From the human T2T-CHM13v2.0 reference genome, Homo sapiens, in NCBI RefSeq assembly GCF_009914755.1, contig NC_060935.1: 64,000 bases of DNA; one strand, given 5' to 3'. Positions 37,240 through 51,170 of the stretch are shown here, in pieces. A program made the position numbers and the translations under genes. Position 1 is the first letter of the stretch; each line of letters begins with the position of its first letter. The notes below the pieces were generated by a model, which saw only the letters and a list, made by a program, of their open reading frames with translations, was not told the DNA's origin and ran no database searches.

Positions 37240-39155
37240 ACATGGGGATTCTGCCAGTATGTCTATTCTATTTATGCATTTTAGAACCAGAGAAATAACC
37301 ACAGGCTGAGTTCAGGGACCCACTGGGCCCACTTTGAGATGGAATTCACTGATAATCTAATCATCATAAGCCCCTACTGACTGAAGGGGCTATAATGATG
37401 TTGTGAGCCTGAAATTGTCAGTTCAGAGCCAGTGTCAAGTAGTACTCAAAAGTCTGATTATCTCCTTTTCTCCAATGCAGTTACCCAGATAAAAGGTCCC
37501 TCTCTGTGGGACCTAGCAATATATGGAAATCTTCCTTGAGAAGACCTTGTCTCCCCTTCATTTAAGGAGTTCTGGGTCTGTAAACTGCCTCAAGTCTACA
37601 AATTGATTGAGGGACTGTAACTATCAGTTATTATAATTCAGAATAGACTTTTGTTCACTTGACCTAAAATGTTTTTGCATATTCAGATCAAGTAAGAATT
37701 TAGTGGGCTTTCTATTTACTTATACAACTGGGAACACCATAATTAACTAGCCTGTGCTAGCCAATGTCATAGATACGTGTGGGTCAGACTATTCTATTTG
37801 ATGCTTTAACCTGCTGTTCATTATGGTAACTATGCCCACCTTGCCTTGGGCCATTGAAAGCCACCACCTGGCCTCTGCCACCCCATGATCTAGTTACTAT
37901 TACTGCATTTTGATTTTCCAATTGTGTGGTTGCAGTTTCCCCTCACAAGTTTATTTATCAATGTATTGGTGAAAAGCTTGTCTTCTGAACCCTTCCAGTA
38001 TGGGTGAGTAGGTCTTAAATGGCAAGTCCACTCTTGAATTTTAATTTCTCTAGACCTTTGAATTCCTTCCTCTACATTAAACCAAGGGAAGTTAAACATT
38101 TCCAGTTTACTCACAGTGGACCATCTTTTGATTCATGTTTCAGCCAAACAACCAAACTTAGAGCTTTTTCTAACTCCCCAAGTTGCAACATTAAATGGAG
38201 AATCTCTGTTTAATGAGCTCATATTGACAAATTAGACCTGATCCAACTATATCTTCATTCTACTCTTTTACCATATGCTTAGTATCCATTCCTACACATG
38301 TTCCCTGGATTTCTGTTTGTATAAATTAGAAAACTCATCTACTTTTTTAGTGCACCACCTCATGGTCTTGCTTGGTACCTCTTCTTTCAGGGGCTGTTGG
38401 TACTTGGGTTTAGTTATAAGTTTAGAAGCAAAGAAGGGTGGTAAAGGTGGGCCCCAAAAAGAATCTGTATTGTCTTGTATGGAAACTGCCTCAGGGGAAG
38501 TCTTTACCATTTATTCTGGCAATATGGAGTTAATTACCCAAGACATAGGTGGAAAAGCTGATACCACTGGGAACGGGGAGGCCAATTCCACTAGGAGTAT
38601 AGGAGTAGGGAAACCTCTTTCACTGTCAGATAGCACTTATCAGAATTTAGGGGCTCAGTCTTTCCAGCTTCATCAGGATCTTCCCACAAACCCCCAACAC
38701 AACATATAGGATCCCTTTCTGCAATTCTCTAATTGAAGCTACAGGAGACAAGGATCTCCTTCCAGACATACATAGAAGCTCTCAGGGTTGGACTGGAAAT
38801 TAAAATCCCCAAGCTCATCCTTATCTTTCAGCACTTTGTCCAGTGACATTAAGAGTAACCAATCAATATCGTTATAATCCTTAGTTTTCTAAGAAAGTAC
38901 AAAAGTATATAGAGAGTCACATAGTTCCTTATATCTTATAAGTGTCCGATGAGGATAATCCAATGTGGATACTTTGCATATATGTATAAACAGTTTATGT
39001 CATGGACTATCAATGCTTTTTCGACTACTCTAAATAGTCATTAGCATCTTTAAATCTAATGAAATTAAAGAGCCAATTCCAGAAACCTCAGAAACAGATA
39101 AGAAAATATATCCTTAAAATTATGTTGCTCTAGAACCACTCTCAATACCAAAATC
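37240..39155 (-). mobile_element. ERV-L internal region (decayed gag to protease)
   Basis: Peptide LEMFNFPWFNVEEGIQR.REI..EW.CHLRPTHP.W.G.ED..FTN.L.NKLVRG is ERV-L gag-like. Internal start gattttggtattgagagtggttctagag abuts the MLT2 LTR. Confidence 0.8.
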
Positions 39156-39213
39156 TGTATTCATCAGGGTTCTCCAGAGAAAGAGAAGCATTCTATATAT
39201 AGAATGAAGATTT

Positions 39214-39256
<43 letters not shown>

Positions 39257-39740
39257 CATTACATGATTACACACACACACACGCACACACACAATGGAAA
39301 CTGGCTCATGCAACTATAAAGGCCAAAAAGTCCTGTGATTTGCCGCCTGCAGGCTGGAAAACCAGGAAAGCTGGTGGTTTAATTCAGTCTAAGTTTGAAG
39401 ACCTGGTAGGGGAACAAATAGTTTAAGTCCTGGTCAGAGTCTGCAGGTCCGAGGTCCAGGAGCACCAACATTGTCCAAGAGCAGGCGAAGATTGATGTCC
39501 CAACTCACCCAGAGAAAACAAATCTGCTCTTCTTTTGCCTTTCTATTCTATTCAGGCCCTCAACAGATTGCATGATGCCAGCCCACATTGGTGAGAACAC
39601 TCTCCTTTACTCAGTCTTCCAATTCAAATGGTAAAATCTCTTCCAGACACACATTCACAGACACACCCAGAAATAACATTTTACCAAGTATTTGTGCACC
39701 CTGTCGCCCAGTCAAGTTGACACATAAAATTAACCATCAT
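39156..39740 (-). mobile_element. MLT2B-like LTR (5' LTR of the ERV-L) containing (TA)n and (CA)n
   Basis: tgtattcatcagggttctccagaga...gtcaagttgacacataaaattaaccatca. Confidence 0.82.
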
Positions 39741-40019
39741 GCTACTATTTTAAACGTTACGTTCTTTCTATTTCTATTTATTTGGTTGTTCAAAAAGAGT
39801 CACAAACATATAGGGCAGCTACTGTTTTGTGTTATTGATTCCTTCAAGGAGGTAACATTATCTAGACATATTCATAAGGTGAAATTCAAAAACAGAGAAG
39901 TTTTTCTGGCTTACAAAGAGTAGAAAGATTCCAAATTTGTTTGGAAAATATAAAGTTAGAACTCTCATACACTTCCATCACATTATGGAGTAGCAACATG
40001 GCGTGTGGTGAAATTTGGT

Positions 40020-40513
40020 TTTATTTGGTCGGAGTAGCCACAAGGTGGAAGGATATGATGCTATTCCATGTCGTCAGCTCTGGGGATAACACCATGTTAA
40101 ATAAGTTTACATGAAATGCAAACATAGAGAAGGACAGCCATATAAACGTGGAGCACTTTGGACCCAATATTGTGACTACATGGAAGGCAGATGACCATGT
40201 GGATGTGATTGCCACAGATGGCTGCAGGGACAAAACACTGGGTTAACGGGAATGTGACCATGTTATGCTGTTCATATAAATTGGCTATGGAATTGAACTT
40301 GCCAAATAAAAAGTTAACCAGAATTTGTAGGATTGAGAGATTGGCAAGGAGACAGTGTGAGGATGTGATGTGCAGATTTAGGGCCAAGTTTTCCAGAAAA
40401 AGAAAAATACAAATTAATAGAACCAAGAGAAAGAAGACAAGATGCAACGCCAGGCAACTGGCCAACCTCAGGAAGATAAATTTCTTCTCTCTGGTTTGAT
40501 TTATTCTGCACAT
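40020..40513 (-). pseudogene. Highly decayed olfactory receptor relic (N-terminus to about TM4)
   Basis: MCRINQT (N-glycosylation site), KFIFLRL (~EFIFLGL), hydrophobic TM1 ending ENL (~GNL), LLANLSIL (~FLANLS), LTQCF, HMVICLP (~RYVAICxP). Splice-acceptor-like ctgcttttgtctccttcaacag 13 nt before the ATG. Confidence 0.6.
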
Positions 40514-40670
40514 TTCCAGATGAATTCTGTTGAAGGAGACAAAAGCAGACTGATTATACATGAATAAAATATACACATTTAAGTTACCATCAGTGTTTTG
40601 TTTTGCAGGAAAATCCCATTACCTTACAAAACTAATATTATAATCTCCATTATTTTTTTTACTTCTTTTT

Positions 40671-40735
40671 TTCTATCTATCTATCTATCTATCTATCATC
40701 TATCTGTCATCTACCCATCAATCATCTATCTATCA
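40671..40735. repeat. (TCTA)n interrupted microsatellite
   Basis: Direct reading. Confidence 0.85.
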
Positions 40736-43700
40736 TTTTTTAGGGATCACATACTACATACCAGGCTGAAAAATAGAAAATAATTGCTCTCAAAACATCA
40801 TTGTTTCTGACCTCATGTCACTTACAATATTATAGAGAACACAGACATTAATTATATCCAAAGAGTAATAAATGTATTAAAAGAAAACATAGAAGGTTAT
40901 GAAAGGAACCTAAGTCTAAGATAGGTAAAGTAACTTTCCAGTTAATAATTAAAACAGGTACCTTTTATTGAGTAAATACTATGTATCCAGTACTGTCCTA
41001 AGTGTGTTTCATGTGTTAATTAATATCTTCTGTGAAGACAGCATCCTTATGAAAAATCACTATGTCTTCACTTTATAGAAGAGGGCACTGAGGCCGAGAG
41101 AGGTTGTATAACTTGCTCAGTAAATCAGATTCCAGAGTTCATGCTCATAACTACTCATTTAGCTAATAAATGATGGAGTTAGGATCTGACTGCAAAAATT
41201 TGTCTTATGGAACAAGTTAAATTTATCTATACATTATAAAAAGAATTTTTTATAGTGCATTATATCCTTCAGTGTGCATGCAGCTGTCAAATACATGATC
41301 AGCAATACTTCTGGAAGATAGAAAATAATTATATTTTTCATTGTATGATTTTGCCTTCAATGAAGTATAGTGACAAAAGTATAATAGTAACACAAACAAA
41401 CAAATAAACTTTAAAGCCAGGCATATTTGAGCTCCCCTTCTAATCTACCTATGTGCTTTTAGGTTAACAACTTGTAAATCTGTTGTCTTTTCTTTAAAGT
41501 GGAGATTATAGTACTGAATGCATAGTGTTGATGGGCAGATTAAGTAAAACAACTTACATTAAAATATTACCTGAACTATAATAAAAAGTATTACTCTGTC
41601 TTATTTTTGTGTGTATGTGTGAGTGTGAGTGTCTAAATATTTTTCACTTATTCATTGTTCCCAAAAACATCTGTTATATGAGTAAAGACATTAGGCTCAT
41701 AACATCACTACTCCCTATAACATTTAGTATTTTATACACATGTATAAATTTTCCTGAAAGGAATATCAGAGTGATGATCTTTTGGATAGATGAGGAGAAA
41801 ATAATATATCATATTTATTGTTCTTTTCAAAAGTACAGTAAATATTCTTTATTTTTTCTGATTATTTCTTCATTGTATTACCCAATTTGTCCAACAAATA
41901 AAGAATTTAGCAGAATTAACTTTGAAAGAAAAGAGACATGAAATTGGAGACTCTTCTTGAAATCTCTTATGACAGACTTTAATAATGGGATTTTAATGTC
42001 ATCAATAAGAAAGTTATTCTTTACTTTTTAGCTAAAATCCAGGGCCTACTAAAATAACATATTAATACCAAAAATTTTCATCAGCACATATTTATTTTAT
42101 GTCTAATACAATATGATATGGACTTAGATAGTCTTAACAGGCTGATAGACGTGATTCCAGCGAGCCAGTCAATTCATGAAAGCACTTGGTGTAATTCCTT
42201 TCTATCTTGAACTTTTGTGTATATGGGCGTAACTATTGGTTTTGTATTGCTAAAGTCAGTCATAAACATCAATGACATTATGGTTACTTGTATTTCTGAA
42301 AAGTAAGTTGGCTTATGACTAATAACATATTCCCTCAGAGTCATCTGCTGGTCTGTTCAAAGACACTTTTCTTATAAATTCTAAAATTGAGGCACTTTGT
42401 TTACTTTGAAAGTGGACATTCATTAACTTTTAATAAAATTGTGTATGATGTGTACTCTTTCATGCTGCAGTCATTGAACCTTTCTTCGGTGCCAAGCTAG
42501 GCTGTACAGATAGAAGCATGGGCCCTGAGATCAGAAAATTTTATATAATTAAGAAGCTGGTTTCACATAACTAAAAACATATGTGTATTTAAACAGGAAT
42601 ACATCTAGGTATGTGTCTAAGCGGAATTCAACAATTGTTAATTAAATGTAAAAAATTAGTAAAAATAGCTTTTTTATTTATATGTGTGTTTTAACAGAAT
42701 TTGTGGGCAATCTGACTTTCAAAATCAAGGTATTTAAATAGGAACATGTAGTAGTACAAGGTTTAAAATAATTATATGCAATAATATAAAATGAATGAGT
42801 CTGAAAATTTCTGTAGAAATACTAAGCAGAGATTAACTCGAAGGTACAAAGAAAGCTTTGAAATACAACTGAGAAAAAATATCATGTCTTTTTGAGTTGT
42901 GACTTGTTATAGTTTTATGGTTTTTTCTTTTTCATTGAAACTAACATCTACATATTTGATCACAAATTGGTTCTTAATTATTTTGCTCAGACCCCACCTG
43001 ACATTACGTCATACTAGGAGCTATGGGAGGGCTGAGGAAGGTGCATAAAGCATAAACAAGTTCTAGTCTTGGACAATCACAGGGCTAGCTTCAATTTGCC
43101 CAGAGATAATTTTTTCTTTCCTCTCTTTCGTTAGCACCTCCATAGTCTTACAGCATTTAACAAATTGTATTGATCTTTCTGTTTACAGTTTCATGACCCC
43201 TGTAAAACTATGCCATTGTCGAGCTCCTTGAAAAGTCCTTGGTGTTAGGAGAAGTGTGACTTATTGTAGATACTCAGCACACATTCATCAATTTTGCTTA
43301 TGTTATCAACTGCAAAGTCACCAGATTTGTCACATCCTTAAAATATCAACTTGTCCTTTGCTTCCTTTAGCACTAAAATACTTACAAACAAGTCGACATA
43401 TGTCATTCTAAAATTAGGTATATAATAACTAACTGTGACAAAGTACAACTGTGAGTAAAATTTGAATGATGCTACTAATAAAAATATATGATCTATCCTG
43501 AAAAATAGATTAAAAAAGCAGAGGTGAGAGAAAGCATGAAGGACTCTAGTCCCCAGAACTGTAGAATTGAATTGATAAGTTCTGCAGAAGTCACAGTTAT
43601 TTGCAGCCAGTCATATACCCTTATAGGAGCCATTCTTTGTCTGCTTCCAGAGTTAATATTTGAAAAATAACTGCTGGGCTGGCCTCATGTCCTGTCGTGG

Positions 43701-44503
43701 CAGAAGGAGAAAGGTGTCTTATTGAAAGTGACTCTCACAAGTGGAGAGACATAAGTGGGTGTCAGGCATGGACACAGAGGTGTTATCGTAAGTTTTCTCT
43801 CCTAGAGAAACAGCCTAGAGGGACAGCAAGTCTCACCAGCAGTTGTGACATTCCTCTAAACCATGAGACTGAAGTTTCTTGGTAGTAATTGCTACAGAAT
43901 TGTAAACCACTAAAAAGCAACCATGACAGTCAACTTGTGTTTTAACAATCGTGTATATATGTGTGTACATATAACCACACATTTGTTTGTAGATACGAAG
44001 AAATTAAAAAAAAAAAACTAAAGAAACTGTTAATCGTTGTAACTCTAGGAAGTGAGAATAAAAAATCAGGGTGTGGGAAAGAAAATAAAATATTTTAATC
44101 TCTTACTTTTTACCTTTCCATAGAGACCTAATGTTTTATTACAACAATGTATAATTTTTTATAATGTAAAAAATATGTTGTTATAAATGTAATTTACATG
44201 TAAATTTACATGTAAATTGTTACACATGTAAATTCATACATGTAAATGTATGCATGTTATGAATAAAAGAATAATTATTCCTCATACATGCATATACACC
44301 TCCCTACCCTTCACACACACATATTTCACTCATATGTAACATGTAAAACCATAAATTTTCTCTATCTATGTCTATGTTTTGTTGTTAGATTATAGTTTTT
44401 CATTGGGGATCTAAAATTGACTTTACTGTAAAGCTACTAAAGTTAAATACAGTTCTCATAAATAGAAAGATTTTTTTATTTGACTAATAAAGATACACTG
44501 ATT

Positions 44504-45460
44504 TTACTTCAAAAGCACGTTTCTTCTGATCAGTTTCCAAAAAGCTTGTTTCACATCCTTGTTCCTCAAACTATAGATGATGGGGTTCAACATAGGGCTT
44601 ACAAAAGTGTAGAAAACAGCAATGACTTTGGACTGTTCCACTGACCTGTCCGTGGGAGGTCTAACGTACATGCAGAACAGGGTTCCATAAAACACAGTCA
44701 CTGCCACCAGGTGGGACCCGCAGGTGGAGAACGCTTTGCGCCTACTTTCAGCAGAACGCATCCTCAGGATGGCAATGAGAATGAAGATGTAGGAGATGAG
44801 GATTATGATGAGGGAGCTGGAGAGGTTAAATCATGCTACCACAAACATGGATGTTTCCTTAATGAAAGTGTCAGAGCAGGAAAGTCGGATGAGGTGTGGG
44901 TCAGCACAGTAGAAGTGATTAATGATATTGGAGCCACAGAAGGTCAAGTGGTATGTCCACATGGTTTCCATCAGTCCACTAAGAAACCCATAGACATATG
45001 GACCAGCAATCAGGCGAATACAGAGCCCTTTGGACATCTTGCTGCTGTAAAGCAAAGGGTTACAGATGGCCACATACCTATCATAGGCCATTACAGCTAG
45101 CATATAATATTCAGTAATCACCACAGCAATGAAAAAATAGCACTGGACTAAACAAGCAGCATAGGAAATGGCTTTCTTGTCTGAGAAGAAGTTCACCAAC
45201 ATCTTGGGAGTCACATTAGTGGAGTAATACAAATCCAAGCAGGACAAACTAGCAAGAAAGAAATACATGGGGGTGTGGAGGTGTGAATCTATCCTGATCA
45301 ACACCAACATCCCAAGGTTCCCCCCGACAGTGATCAGGTAGATTAGCAGGAACAGTACAAAGAGGATGGGCTGAAGCTCTGGAAGATCCTTTAATCCCAA
45401 GAGAATAAATTCCGTCACCAAAGTAGAATTTCCTCTAACCATTTTCTTAGGTACCAGCAT
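44504..45460 (-). pseudogene. OR5M5P: OR5M-subfamily pseudogene with one in-frame stop (probably OR5M5P)
   Basis: ORFs 44831..45460 and 44504..44761 are in the same frame. TGA at 44831-44833 sits where paralogues have Gly (VAGFNLS). Other OR motifs are intact. Symbol from recalled order. Confidence 0.85.
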
Positions 45461-45805
45461 TTTTCACTTAAATGGATGAAAATAAATCAAGGTGAATGAG
45501 AAGTCCATTACATGTTACCTTTTTTCTCTTTCTCTTATTTGCTCTCTCTCTTTTTCTTTCTCTCTTGTTCTCCCTCACACAGCCAGTCAGGCAGGACTCA
45601 AGAATACAGGGCCTGGTGGTCTTAAAAAAGCAAAGGCCCCAATTAACTGGGTGTATCATATGCAGATGATTCCTAAAAAGAATGGTTTCTGTGTTACCAA
45701 CGTGTTTTGGAATGAGGGAATAGTGTCCTAAAGTTTGTCGAAAAATGGATTAAGCCACTAACTGCCTTTTTCAGTTGACTATACAATCATGGGCTTCCTT
45801 TATAA

Positions 45806-46130
45806 CAACAGTCCCCAACCTTTTTAGCACCAACGACCAGTTTTGTGGAAGACAATTTTTCCATGGATGGGGGTTGGAGGGTGGGGTTGTTGGGGATAAT
45901 CAAGCATTAGATTCTCGTAAGGAGCACACAACCTAGATAGCTGGCATGCGCATGCAGTTCACAATAGGGTGGGTGCTCCCATGAGAATCTAATGCCAAGA
46001 CTAATCTGACGGGAGGCGGAGCTCAGGCAGGAATGCTCACTTGCTGGTGGCTTGCCTCCTGCTGTGTGGCCCAGTTGCTAACAGGACATGGACCATACCA
46101 GTTCATGGCCTGGGGGTTAGGGGACCCCTG
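45806..46130 (+). mobile_element. MER1B (hAT-Charlie non-autonomous DNA transposon)
   Basis: Terminal inverted repeats ca..gtccccaacc / ggttaggggacccctg. Internal cattagattctc.taaggag and ctgacgggaggcggagctcaggc. Confidence 0.82.
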
Positions 46131-49100
46131 CTTTAGTGTCTCCACCTTTGAGAATTTCACTGGCTATGTGCTGTATTAGAGAGTCCAGAATCATAGGGGT
46201 TTGAAGGAAATTCTGGGTTTTTTTTTTTCACTTTTTTTTTCTTACTGCTATACCAACAAAATCAAAAGCAATTCATTTCTTTGTGAATAAACCAAAGATA
46301 AGGTTTCTAAATTTGGAATAACAAGGGCCTATATGAATTACTAATGAAGGAATTTTCAGTCGAAGGAGTTTGTAGGAGTAAAGCAAGAGAAGTTGCCAAA
46401 TGTTATTTCATAGATTTTATCTACTGGTCCATTTATGTTTTAATTTAATCCTGAATGCATTTAAGGGGTTTACAGCATATAACAGAATGTGACAAATTTG
46501 TTCTGCTAGTGGAACACAAATTTGTTTCAGGTTTCTAGCAGCATTAGTTCAAACTTCTTTATAATATTATAATGTCCAGAATAATAAAATGAAAAGTAAT
46601 CAAGAGAGATAGAATTATTCCTAGAGTTCAAACAATACAAATTATAATGAACAGATTATACTTTCAGATAATATTAATTCAGATAATATCAATTGGAATG
46701 AAATGAGACAATGGGAAATTATGGTGCTGGGATTCTATACAATAATTTTTTATTATAAATTCCCAATGTTGCCTTGTGTTATTTTATAAGTAAAACACTA
46801 AAGGAGATAAGAGATCAAAACTTAAATGTCTATGGGAGCCCTTTAGCTAATAAGAATGAGTGAAGTGGGTTGGGTTTAAGAGTCCACTGAAGTGAAACAT
46901 AGAGTGGTTCCCAGTGTAGACTCAGAAGTCACTCAGGCCAATAGAATTTTGCTTTATGTTAGCAGGGACCTTGTGTTGTAAGGTCTTAAGAGCTTTACAT
47001 TTTAAATATCAGAATTCATTGTTTTTATGGGAAATCTACCAAAGATAGTGTTGGCAATTCATTCGATTTTTAAATTTATCTTAATCCAGGGCACAAAACA
47101 GAAGTCTGTAGGCTTGAGCTAGTGGGATACAATTCCTTGCAACACCAGTGTCTTCAACTACATACTTCAGTGTCTAACCTCTTCCCGGAAATTGAATTAA
47201 GGGTTCACACAAGTTAGCTACTTTGACTCTGTGATGCTTTCAGGATGCTAAATGATTTAACCATTGTAATATGGTTACATTTGTGCACAAACAGCACTGA
47301 ACACTCCATGCATGCAAGTTGCTTTGCTGGGGAATTGAAGACAACTGATCACAGTGCTTGCCTTGAAAGAGCTGGTTGATTTTCATGGTAAGGAGCATGA
47401 AAATTAAAGTTAAATATGATTAGTTCAATAATAAAAATACAAACAAAATAACTAATTGTTTCAGGAATCAGGGTAAGCATCAAAGGACAATAATCTAACT
47501 GGGGCTTGAAAAATAACTAGGAATTTCCTAGAGGAATAAGAGTGGGGAGCAGTTTTAGCTAGTATGAACAGTACATGCAGAAAATTGTCTTAGGCAACTT
47601 TCAAGAGAAATTAAACATATTTCACATAGATGCAGGGATGACTTTTCTATTGTGGCAAATAAGACATTTAATAAGCGGTAAGTAGTCAAACAAAACTTAA
47701 AGTCTCCAACACATACCAAGAAGAGTGAACATGCCTCCTGAAATCTACAAGGAAGCACATCTTTGAATTTGTCTTTGACACGCAGTTTTTGAGTGTGTGT
47801 GCCTGTGCGTGTGTATGGCACCCAAGTGATGGTGATGAATTAGAACTGACGTTCCCTGTTACTTGGAAATTGAAATGATTTCTTGTCTTAAATCTACAAC
47901 TTTGGCCTTTGAGAGGAAAATGCAATAATTAGAAAATAAAGATTTATGTAAAGAGTAAAAGTGCCCTTTCCTCACTCTCCAGAAGGATGCATCATTTTGG
48001 AAAATATTCACCTTAGTAAATATAAATCTTATGTTTTAATGGCATAAATATATTTATCTAATCTTTACATTTATGCAATATATCTTGTATATTATCATCT
48101 GTTTAATCATCATATTATACTTAACAAATAATAAAATAATGACAAAAATAAAGAAAAAAGGATAAAAAAGATACTATAATTTAATTTTCTATGTCCTGCT
48201 CTTTCCTTTAAATATATGCAGCAACCTACCCTCTACAGCTTAAAGAGAAAACTCATATTTGGATAATAGTATCTCCTCCCATTGACATAGGCACTTTAGG
48301 TCTACAAAGAAATCACACCGCTTCTGTTTCATTTCACTTTTAGAAAAGCCCTTCAACTGATGTAGAGCAAGTACCATTAGGAGTAAGGAAAAGGGGTTGT
48401 AAACATGTTAATCTTGCTATCGTCTGAGTTTTTAGGTTAGAATTTTCAAAACTTTGTTCAGAAGAACCACTGAATATTAAGCAACAAAATAGGCCTATGG
48501 GAAAAAAAAGTTTGGAAATACTGGGTTTAAGTGGGGAAAGGTAAAATAGGTTGCTCTATTGCAGAACATCACAGATCCTTCTATATGGACATGTGTAAAG
48601 TAAAGCTCCAGAAAGTGGGCAAAGGCTTTCAGCATGTCCCAACCTTCCTTATTCAAAGACCCAAGAGCACTATCAAATTTTCTCTTTAGGCTAAAATCCC
48701 TAATTTCACACTGAGCAGCAGGGAATGCTGTCATCCCTGAACCTCAAAAACTAAACAAAATTCAAGGAAGTAAGACATAATCTCCACAATTTGGGAAACC
48801 AGCTTCATTCAGCCGTGCCACTAGTAGAGAACTATCATTGATTATAGGAAAAAAAATGCTTGGGGTAAATACTGAGCACTGAAGAGGCACTCCATAAATG
48901 GGGAGAGAATAGAAACAGGAGAAAAAAATGTTAAACTCTGAGGAAAATAAAACAGAATGTGATATCAGAGCTCTGCGTATCAATTGCAGGTGGACGTGAA
49001 TCCATTCTACTCTCAAACAATCTGTATTGTGAAATCCTAAATACTAGCATTTGTTTATTCATCATATCATATTTAACAAATAATCATGGTTGCTTATTAA

Positions 49101-49134
49101 GTGTTTATTGGTTGTAAGGCATAAGTCAAACTAA

Positions 49135-49208
49135 TAGACAGACAGATAGATGATAGATAGATGGAGAGATAGATAGATAGATAGATAGATATAGATAGAT
49201 AAATAGAT
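49135..49208. repeat. (GATA)n/(GACA)n interrupted microsatellite
   Basis: Direct reading. Confidence 0.9.
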
Positions 49209-49826
49209 GTAATCCATGAGACAACGTCCAAATATTTAAAATACTCTCATATAACTTGCAAGCATTTTTTTCCTCTTTTGAATTTTTTACATGTTAACCT
49301 GTTCTTTGATCACACATCCTTAGTTTCTTCTCTTCTCACTTTTCTCTTGTTATCCACAGCCCTCTTCCCAAGAACTCTCTAATTTAGTTGCTTGCATGAA
49401 TCATATTTTAAAGGCTAAAGTACTTGGGAAATGTCTTTCTCAATATTTCAGTAAAGAAAAGCTCTTTGAGATCTGGAATGTTTTTAATTTATAATTTCCT
49501 GGGCAGGAGATTATGAACTTAGTCATATTAAAACATTCAAGTTTCACTTCTAGAGGGCCTCAGTGTAACATACAAGCACCTCTATATATATTCATGTATG
49601 TGTATATATATGTTGGGGGGGCATATGCTCAACTGAGATTACTAAAAGCATGCATATGACAAATACTATTGGTAAATTTAAAATAATTTTGATAACTCCC
49701 ATGATATATTCAAATTTTCTGCATCAGAGCTAAAGCCTTTAGTCTACTGAAAATAAATAGCTGAATGATTGTGAAATGTTTAATAACACGTCATCTGAAG
49801 ATCATTTCTAGTTCTTTATTTAAACT

Positions 49827-49965
49827 TCTACTGGGTAAAATAATTTGGACCTCAAAATTCTTGTAGTAGAGTTAGTTCATGGTATTTAATCCAGGTGCTG
49901 GGAAGTAATATTTTATGGAAAGCCTGGTGAATGTGTAACTTAGCAAAATGTTATTTATTTGCCAA
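49827..49965 (+). repeat. 139-bp dispersed direct repeat, copy 1 (copy 2 at 53439-53577)
   Basis: 4 mismatches in 139 bp by manual alignment. Confidence 0.92.
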
Positions 49966-50874
49966 TGGTTAAACTGGGTTGCTGAAATGTATCAAAGGTG
50001 ATGTTTAATGCCTGTAGGAATTGCCTTTGATAACTTATTTAATGTTTACCATGCGCAGTGTGCCCTGTGCTTAGAAAAAGTGCACACTTATTTAATATTT
50101 GTGTAAAAAGTAGCAAAATTTATCTTTCATGACTCTTATTTTCTAACTTGTATTCCAATATAGATTGCCAAGTAATTCACATTAAAGCATTAGAAAGAGT
50201 GCTGAATCAGTTTTGTAATAGCTATACATACATTGTTCTCTGTGTGAGAAATAACACACAGAAAAATAATTAAGCCTCAATGATGGATTAAACCAGATGT
50301 CCTTCTGCAAAGGGGTTTTTCCATGACATTGGTGTTCAGTCTGAAATTTCTGGGTAATTAGGAATCAGTGTAGACAGCAGTGAGTTTTTTAAAGTCTATG
50401 TTTCTTATTGCAAGAAATATAACCAAAATAAAACTCCAAATGTTTCACTGCTTCAATAATGTTAACTTGCTTCGCACTGTATTGGAATTACTAAAGATAA
50501 ACTAGATAACAAAGTCAACACATATTTTTCATGTTGGTAAATTTTGATTCACAGGATATCTATATCCATATGTTTATTTTTATTACATGAAGATATTTTT
50601 CAAGTAACATTATTTGTCATTTAGTAGGCTGTTTGAATATATTGTTGAACAGAAAACTAGAGGTGTCATTTATGGTAAATTGGTAAACATGGTAAATATT
50701 TGGGTGAAATTCGGAGTTCCAAGATTTTCCCATCCTCCCAACTAAAAAAAAAATTACATTGATTCAATAAAAGTGCAAAGTAAATTTCTACAAATGTTAC
50801 TGATATCTGAGTTACTTGTGGAAATGTTCATTTGGGAATAAGTTTGGCTTCTTCAGGCTCCAGTTAAAATGCAA

Positions 50875-51170
50875 GGTCAGGCAATGTGGCTCATGCCTTT
50901 ACTCCTAGCACTTTGGTAGGCTGAGGCTTGAGCCTAAGAGTTCAAGACAAAACTGGGCAACATAGGGAGACTCCATCTCTACAAAAACAAATATTAAAAA
51001 AAAAACCATCTCCAGGTGTGGTGGTGCATGCCTGTGGTCTCAGCTACTGGGGAGGTTGAGGTGAGAGGCTCCCTTGGGCCCAGTATGCCATGATTGCACC
51101 ACTGCACTTTAGCCTGGGTGACACAGTGAGATCCTGTCTCATAAAATAAAATGAAATAAAATAGAATACA
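50875..51170 (+). mobile_element. AluJ, diverged, with small deletions
   Basis: gcttgagcctaagagttcaagac..ctgggcaacatagggaga; (TAAAA)n tail. Confidence 0.8.

Noticed and set aside
38275-38709. 144-aa plus-strand ORF
   Set aside because: Antisense to decayed ERV-L gag; no evidence for a domesticated Fv1-like gene, since the sense frame is broken by stops and frameshifts.
40960-41570. Probable MIR/L2 relics (also about 960-1050, 3550-3720, 11100-11520, 56900-57170, 62440-62590)
   Set aside because: Too degenerate to delimit or classify reliably by eye, so not listed as features.
44711-45100. Plus-strand ORFs overlapping OR genes (also 9199-9465, 30822-31031, 60218-60496, 60987-61238)
   Set aside because: Shadow ORFs antisense to OR coding sequence with no independent coding signal.
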